Shown in pieces: positions 58,985 to 64,000 of a DNA stretch of 64,000 nucleotides. The stretch's first letter is position 1, and every line of letters starts with the position of its first letter. The position numbers and the translations under genes were made by a program. Source of the stretch: an uncultured Methylomirabilota bacterium (GTDB lineage: Bacteria > Methylomirabilota > Methylomirabilia > Methylomirabilales > 2-02-FULL-66-22); assembly GCA_963845565.1 (NCBI GenBank), contig CAWJSJ010000001.1, positions 96,001 to 160,000 of the forward strand, read 5' to 3'. Under the pieces are notes generated by a model that was not told where the DNA came from, ran no database searches, and saw only the letters and a list, made by a program, of their open reading frames with translations.

Positions 58985-59545
58985 ATGCGTCTCTTCGTGG
59001 CGGTGCATCTTCCGGCGGAGATCCGCGAACGGCTGGCAACGGTCCAGGACCGCCTGCGCCGGGCCCAGGCCGACGTCAGTTGGGTGAAGCCCGGGAACCT
59101 CCACATCACGCTCAAGTTTCTTGGCGAGACGGAGCCGACACGACTGGACCGCATTCGACCGGCCCTGGCGGATGGGGCGCAGAACGTGGCCGCCTTCGCG
59201 GCGGAGGTCGCAGGGGTCGGGACGTTCGGCGGCCGGATTCCCCGGGTGGTGTGGGTGGGGGTCAGGGACGGGGCCGAGCCGCTGGCGGCGCTCGCCGGAG
59301 CGGTAGAGGATGCGCTGGCCGGGGTGGGGTTTCCGAGGGAGAGGCGAGGCTTCACCGCCCATTTCACCCTGGGGCGGGTCCGATCTCCGCGGAACATCGA
59401 GGCCCTGCTCGACGCGCTCCGGGCGGAGCCGGCGGACGGTTTCGGGACGGCGCGCGTGGACCAGGTTTCTCTGATGGAGAGCGTGCTGGATCCGGCCGGG
59501 TCGATCTACACGGTGCGGGATCGGTTTTCCTTGCGATCAACCTGA
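58985..59545 (+). CDS. thpR: RNA 2',3'-cyclic phosphodiesterase (2H family)
   Basis: MRLFVA, HITLKFLG, HFTLGR (two HxT motifs). Confidence 0.93.
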   Translation: MRLFVAVHLPAEIRERLATVQDRLRRAQADVSWVKPGNLHITLKFLGETEPTRLDRIRPALADGAQNVAAFAAEVAGVGTFGGRIPRVVWVGVRDGAEPLAALAGAVEDALAGVGFPRERRGFTAHFTLGRVRSPRNIEALLDALRAEPADGFGTARVDQVSLMESVLDPAGSIYTVRDRFSLRST

Positions 59546-59568
59546 GGGCGGGGGCGGGAGGAGCGACG

Positions 59569-60897
59569 ATGGACGTCAGCGAGTTGCGGCAGTCGGCGCG
59601 GGCAATCTTCGATGCGGCCGTCCGGGCGGTGGACCCCGCCGAGGCCATCCGGCGTCACCTCGTGCGGCAGGGGGACCGCCTGACCGTCGGCGGCGAGGCG
59701 GTGGATTTGCAGCGTGTCCGGCGGATCGTGGTGGTGGGTCTTGGCAAGGCCGGGGCGCCCATGGCGGCCGCAGTGGAGGAGATCCTCGGAGATCGGATCG
59801 ACGCGGGCGTGGTGGTGACGAAGTACGGTCACGTCCAGCCGACGCGAACGATCCGGCTTCACGAGGCCGGCCATCCGGTGCCCGACGATGCCGGGATCGC
59901 CGGGGCGCAGGCCGTGCTGGACCAGGTACACGGCCTCGGGCCGGACGACCTGGTGCTGGTGCTCATCTCCGGCGGCGGGTCGGCGCTCACGCCTGCGCCG
60001 GTCGCGGGCATCACGCTGGCGGAGAAACAGGCCCTGACCAAGTCGCTCCTGGCGTGCGGCGCGGATATCCGCGAAATGAACGCGCTCCGCAAGCACATCT
60101 CGCGGATCAAGGGCGGGCAGCTCGCGCGGGCTGCGGCCCCCTCCCGGGTCTTCACGCTCATCCTCTCGGACATCGTCGGCGACCCGCTGGACGCGATCGC
60201 GTCCGGTCCCACCGTCCCCGACCCCAGGACGTACGCGGACGCCCTGGCGATCCTCGACAAGTACCACATCCGTCAGGAGATCCCCGCGAGCATCCGGACG
60301 CACCTCGAGGCCGGTGCCGCCGGGCGCATTCCGGAGACGCCCAAGCCGGATGACCCTTTGTTCTCGCGCGTCCGGAGCGTCATGGTGGCGAGCAACATCC
60401 AGGCGCTCGAGGCGGCCAAGGCGGAGGCCGCGCGGCGGGGATTCCAGGCCATGATCCTTTCCTCGTTCATCGAGGGGGAGACGCGCGAGATCGCCCGCAT
60501 GCACGCGGCGCTGGCGTTGGAAGTCCGCGCCAGCGGGAATCCCCTGAAACCGCCGGTCTGTATCATCACCGGCGGAGAGACGACCGTGACGCTGAAAGGC
60601 AAGGGCAAGGGAGGGCGCAACCAAGAGTTCGCCCTGGCGGCCGCTCTGGACATCGCCGGGCTGCCGGACACCGTAATCCTGAGCGCCGGGACCGACGGTA
60701 CGGACGGGCCGACGGACGCCGCGGGTGCACTGGCCGACGGCGCCACGGTGTCGCGGGCCGTCGGTCTGGGGCTCGCGCCGCGCGCGGCGCTGGACGGCAA
60801 CGACGCGTATCCCTTCTTCCAGCGGCTGGGAGATCTTGTGATGACCGGTCCCACCCGCACCAACGTCATGGATGTGCGGCTGGTGCTGGTCGGCTAG
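59569..60897 (+). CDS. Glycerate 2-kinase (MOFRL/TtuD family)
   Basis: GLGKA, HPVPD, LISGGGSAL, KGGQLA, SDIVGD, GGETTV, GGRNQE, TDGTDG, TNVMD. Confidence 0.93.
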   Translation: MDVSELRQSARAIFDAAVRAVDPAEAIRRHLVRQGDRLTVGGEAVDLQRVRRIVVVGLGKAGAPMAAAVEEILGDRIDAGVVVTKYGHVQPTRTIRLHEAGHPVPDDAGIAGAQAVLDQVHGLGPDDLVLVLISGGGSALTPAPVAGITLAEKQALTKSLLACGADIREMNALRKHISRIKGGQLARAAAPSRVFTLILSDIVGDPLDAIASGPTVPDPRTYADALAILDKYHIRQEIPASIRTHLEAGAAGRIPETPKPDDPLFSRVRSVMVASNIQALEAAKAEAARRGFQAMILSSFIEGETREIARMHAALALEVRASGNPLKPPVCIITGGETTVTLKGKGKGGRNQEFALAAALDIAGLPDTVILSAGTDGTDGPTDAAGALADGATVSRAVGLGLAPRAALDGNDAYPFFQRLGDLVMTGPTRTNVMDVRLVLVG

Positions 60898-61011
60898 CGT
60901 GCCCCGACGCGCAGCCGGACGGCGACGCGAACCGCTGCCATGCGGCCGTCCGACTGCGCGCGCGGCCGGCCACCCACCGACCGACTCCGCGAAGGAGGCG
61001 TGCGGCAGGCC

Positions 61012-62160
61012 ATGCCCGGCTCGATGACTCCTCCCCGCCAGTCCCTCTACAGCAAGCCGTTCATCCTCGCGGCGGCGGCGAATTTCCTCTTCTTTTCCAG
61101 CCTCAACGCCTACACGCTCCTGCCCCTGTACATCCAGCAACTTGGCGGTCGCGAGGGCGAAATCGGCACGATCATGGCCATGTATTCGGTGGCCGCCATC
61201 CTGTGCCAGCTCGGGATAGGACCCCTCATCGATCGGTTCGGCCGCAAGCCGTTCATCCTGCTCGGGGCGCTCCTGGTGACCGCCGTCCCGGTGGCGTTCC
61301 TCTTCTCCACGCGTCTGGGGTGGCCTTTCTATGCGTTACGCTTTCTGCAGGGGATGGCGTTTGCCGCGTTCATGACCAGCAATTTGACGCTCCTCGCCGA
61401 TCTGGTCCCGGCCAGTCGTCGGGCGGAAGCCGTCGGCGTCTTTGGAGTGTCGGGGCTCGTGACGATCGCGCTGGCCCCGGCCCTCGGGGAGATCGTGCTG
61501 CGCGCCTCTGGTTTTCCCGCGCTCTTCGCCGGAACTGTGTTGTTGGGGATCGCGACGCTGGCCGTGTGCCTGATGACGGAGGTGCCGACACCCATGGCCG
61601 TGGAGACGCCACGCGCTCTGGGACCGGGGTTCTGGCGCACGTTCACGCCCGTCATCGTCGCGTCGTTCCAGTTCGGTCTCGCCAACTCCATCGTGTTCGT
61701 GTTTCTTCCGCCGTTTGCGCGCTACGTGGGACTCCCACGCATCGGCCCGTTCTACATCGTGTACACGCTGATGGCGGTGGCCGTGCGCTTCCTGGGGGGC
61801 CGGCTGGCGGATCGGCTGGAACGGCGGCAGGTGATCCTGCCGGCCCTGGTGGCCCTCTCGATCGGCGTCTTGCTGTTCAGCGGCCTCCAGTCCACCTGGA
61901 TGCTGGTTCTGATCGCGTTCATCAACGGCACGGCGCATGGCTTCGTGTACCCCGCAGTGAGCGCCATGGCCTTCGATCGAGCCCCCGCCGGGGCGCGGGG
62001 CCGGGCGCTGGCCGTCTTCAATACGGCGGTCCTGGCAGGGGTGACCACCGGTGCGGTCGGGTTCGGGTGGTTCGTGGAACTCGTGGGCTACCGGCCGGGT
62101 TTTGTCGCGCTCGGGTTGTTGCTGGCGCTTGGGGCAGGGGTGTTCTGGCGGAAACGCTAG
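61012..62160 (+). CDS. MFS transporter
   Basis: About 12 TM segments; motif A GPLIDRFGRK and GRLADRLERR; start uncertain. Confidence 0.88.
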   Translation: MPGSMTPPRQSLYSKPFILAAAANFLFFSSLNAYTLLPLYIQQLGGREGEIGTIMAMYSVAAILCQLGIGPLIDRFGRKPFILLGALLVTAVPVAFLFSTRLGWPFYALRFLQGMAFAAFMTSNLTLLADLVPASRRAEAVGVFGVSGLVTIALAPALGEIVLRASGFPALFAGTVLLGIATLAVCLMTEVPTPMAVETPRALGPGFWRTFTPVIVASFQFGLANSIVFVFLPPFARYVGLPRIGPFYIVYTLMAVAVRFLGGRLADRLERRQVILPALVALSIGVLLFSGLQSTWMLVLIAFINGTAHGFVYPAVSAMAFDRAPAGARGRALAVFNTAVLAGVTTGAVGFGWFVELVGYRPGFVALGLLLALGAGVFWRKR

Positions 62161-62241
62161 GGGCGTCGCCGATTGGCGTTGCGGGTCGGGCGGAGCTTTG
62201 CTAGCCTCTGCGCAGCCCGACACGAAGCCTCCGGTCCTCCG

Positions 62242-62817
62242 ATGGTTGAAACGCAGAGTGATCTCCCTGCCGCGGCGCTGAGCCACCTGGATGGTCTCTA
62301 TAATCTTGCCCGCTGGCTGGTCCGCGATCCGGCGGAGGCGGAAGACCTCGTTCAAGAGGCATACCTCCACGCCCTGCGAGGCGCCCACCAATTTCAGCCT
62401 GGAACCAATCTCCGCGCCTGGTTGTTTCAGATACTGAGGAACGTTTTCTACACCCAGTACCAGCGGCGCAAGCGCGAGCCGGTGGCCACGGATCCGGAGT
62501 TACTGGACGCGATCGGGGCGGATTCCTCTCCGGATAGAGAAGCGGTCCGTGCCTCCGGCAGTGCTGATGGGACGCTTCGCGCGGATCTCGCGGCGGCCCT
62601 CGAGCGTCTCCCCGAGGAATACCGGTCCGTGGTCCTGCTGGCGGATATCGAGGACTTTACCATGGGGGAGGTCGCCGCCATCATGAAATGCCCGGTGGGC
62701 ACCGTGAAATCGCGATTGTTCCGGGCGCGCGCGATGCTGCAGGAGTTTTTGCGGGACTACCTTCGGGAAACCCCGGCGAGGACCCGGGGTGACGCCCCGG
62801 ATGGCCCCAGCGCTTGA
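62242..62817 (+). CDS. ECF RNA polymerase sigma factor
   Basis: AEDLVQEAY, GTNLRAWLFQILRN, LPEEYR, PVGTVKSRLFRAR. Confidence 0.92.
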   Translation: MVETQSDLPAAALSHLDGLYNLARWLVRDPAEAEDLVQEAYLHALRGAHQFQPGTNLRAWLFQILRNVFYTQYQRRKREPVATDPELLDAIGADSSPDREAVRASGSADGTLRADLAAALERLPEEYRSVVLLADIEDFTMGEVAAIMKCPVGTVKSRLFRARAMLQEFLRDYLRETPARTRGDAPDGPSA

Positions 62818-62835
62818 AGGATCGGAACCGAACCC

Positions 62836-63630
62836 ATGACGTGTCGTGACGTGCGGGAACATCTGACGGATCTGAGCCGGGGGCACTTGTCCGCCGAGGT
62901 GGCGGCGAACGTTCGGGCCCATCTGGTTGGGTGCCCGGCGTGCAGTCAGGCGCTCCGAGGCGAGGAGCAGTTCAGGGCGCTCGTCCGGGGGCACGCGCCG
63001 CGCTATACGGCACCGCCTGCGCTGCAGGCGCGGGTTCGGGCAGCGCTGCGAGATGTCGAGCGACCTCCTCGGACGGTCTGGCGCGACTGGGTCCGGCATC
63101 GCCCCTGGCTGAAGGGTTCCCTGGTCGGTGCGATGGCTGCCGTCGCCATCGTGTGGGCCGGCGGTGCCTGGCTGGCGCGGGACCCCGTGGCCCGACTGGT
63201 TGCCGCCGCGGTGGACGAGCACGTCGAGTACGCGCAGGACACCAAGCATCGGCCGGTCCCAGATGCCGAGGAACTACTCAGGAGGGTACAATCCGAGGCA
63301 GGATTTCTGCTGGGGCCGGTGTTCCGGGGCGACGCCGAGGCGCCGCTGATCTTGGCCGCGGTCACCGAGGTGCGCGGAAACCGGGCGGTGGCCCTGGTCT
63401 ACCGGAACGGACCCGAACGCTACACGACGCTGCTGGTGATGCCCGGTGCGGACGCCGTGATTCCGGCGGAGGATCGGCTGGCGATCGAGAGCTTCAAGCC
63501 GCATCACCGCGTGGCGTCGAGCAAACAGGTGCTGTATTGGAAGCAGCGCGACGTCGCGTGTCTGTTGGTCTCGGATCTCGACCAATCCGGCCTGAGCGCC
63601 ATGTTTCTCAAGGTACGGAAGGCCGCCTGA
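62836..63630 (+). CDS. Anti-sigma factor (zf-HC2 plus TM)
   Basis: C3..HLVGCPAC, TM segment and periplasmic domain. Confidence 0.82.
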   Translation: MTCRDVREHLTDLSRGHLSAEVAANVRAHLVGCPACSQALRGEEQFRALVRGHAPRYTAPPALQARVRAALRDVERPPRTVWRDWVRHRPWLKGSLVGAMAAVAIVWAGGAWLARDPVARLVAAAVDEHVEYAQDTKHRPVPDAEELLRRVQSEAGFLLGPVFRGDAEAPLILAAVTEVRGNRAVALVYRNGPERYTTLLVMPGADAVIPAEDRLAIESFKPHHRVASSKQVLYWKQRDVACLLVSDLDQSGLSAMFLKVRKAA

Positions 63631-63660
63631 GCCGATCCGGGAGCCCATCGGATGGACGCA

Positions 63661-63694
63661 CGAACGCCGGCGGGGCATGCCCCGCCGGCGTTCG
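63661..63694. terminator. Hairpin between convergent genes
   Basis: Perfect inverted repeat CGAACGCCGGCGGGG-CATG-CCCCGCCGGCGTTCG. Confidence 0.6.
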
Positions 63695-63725
63695 GTGTGC
63701 GGGAAGGTATGCGCCGCGGCCGCCG

Positions 63726-63998
63726 CTAAAGGATCTGCGACAAGTCCCGCGCCTCGGTATAGTTGGCGTCGATTTCCAGGGCGCGGCGACAGCATCGCTG
63801 GGCGCCGCTCAGGTCGCCTAATTCCTTGAGACACAGGGCCTTGTGATACCAGGCGACCTTGGAGTTCCCGTTGTATCGTAGAGCCTCGTTGAAGCTGGTG
63901 GTGGCTTCGGTCAGCTTTTTCAAATGCAGGAGGCAGATCCCCCGGCTGTTCCAGGCGGTCAACAGGCGGCTTGGATCTCGGATCTCCTTGATGCCCCG
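63726..63998 (-). CDS. Tetratricopeptide repeat protein (partial, runs off the window)
   Basis: AWNSRGICL..EA..SFNEAL, AWYHKALCL, ALEIDANY TPR pattern; frame open to the window edge. Confidence 0.75.
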   Translation of the reverse strand, partial: RGIKEIRDPSRLLTAWNSRGICLLHLKKLTEATTSFNEALRYNGNSKVAWYHKALCLKELGDLSGAQRCCRRALEIDANYTEARDLSQIL

Positions 63999-64000
63999 GT

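Overview
High-GC bacterial chromosomal window made mostly of housekeeping and signalling genes. It contains no rRNA, tRNA, CRISPR array, prophage or transposase. Gene order: mtaB, DapA-like lyase, TPP enzyme, mtnP-pfkB, two tandem REC-DUF4388-PilZ regulators, uvrA, a two-component cluster with an NtrC-type activator, bS22-like micro-protein, an ECF sigma operon, rlmD, Tim44-like gene, LeuD/LeuC-like pair, MCP, TRAP transporter, M32 peptidase, cold-shock gene, B12 radical SAM, galU, lon, rnj, ftsK-lolA-yajQ, hybrid kinase, diguanylate cyclase, rimO-pgpA-cinA-thpR, glycerate kinase, MFS transporter, and a second ECF/anti-sigma pair. Best observations the ORF track misses: (1) an AhpD/CMD-like gene with an in-frame TGA in a CxxU motif plus a SECIS-like hairpin, a probable selenoprotein (32006-32302); (2) a candidate sigma54-dependent ~155-nt sRNA with a C-rich anti-SD-like loop and terminator (12481-12662), upstream of an NtrC-type cluster; (3) four copies of a 150-200 bp MITE/REP-like element that each begin at the TAG stop codon of the upstream gene; (4) a UvrA lacking about half of its insertion domain; (5) an RNase H-like (YprB-like) tail in frame with MtaB. 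Product calls come from motif recognition by eye; no database searches were run.
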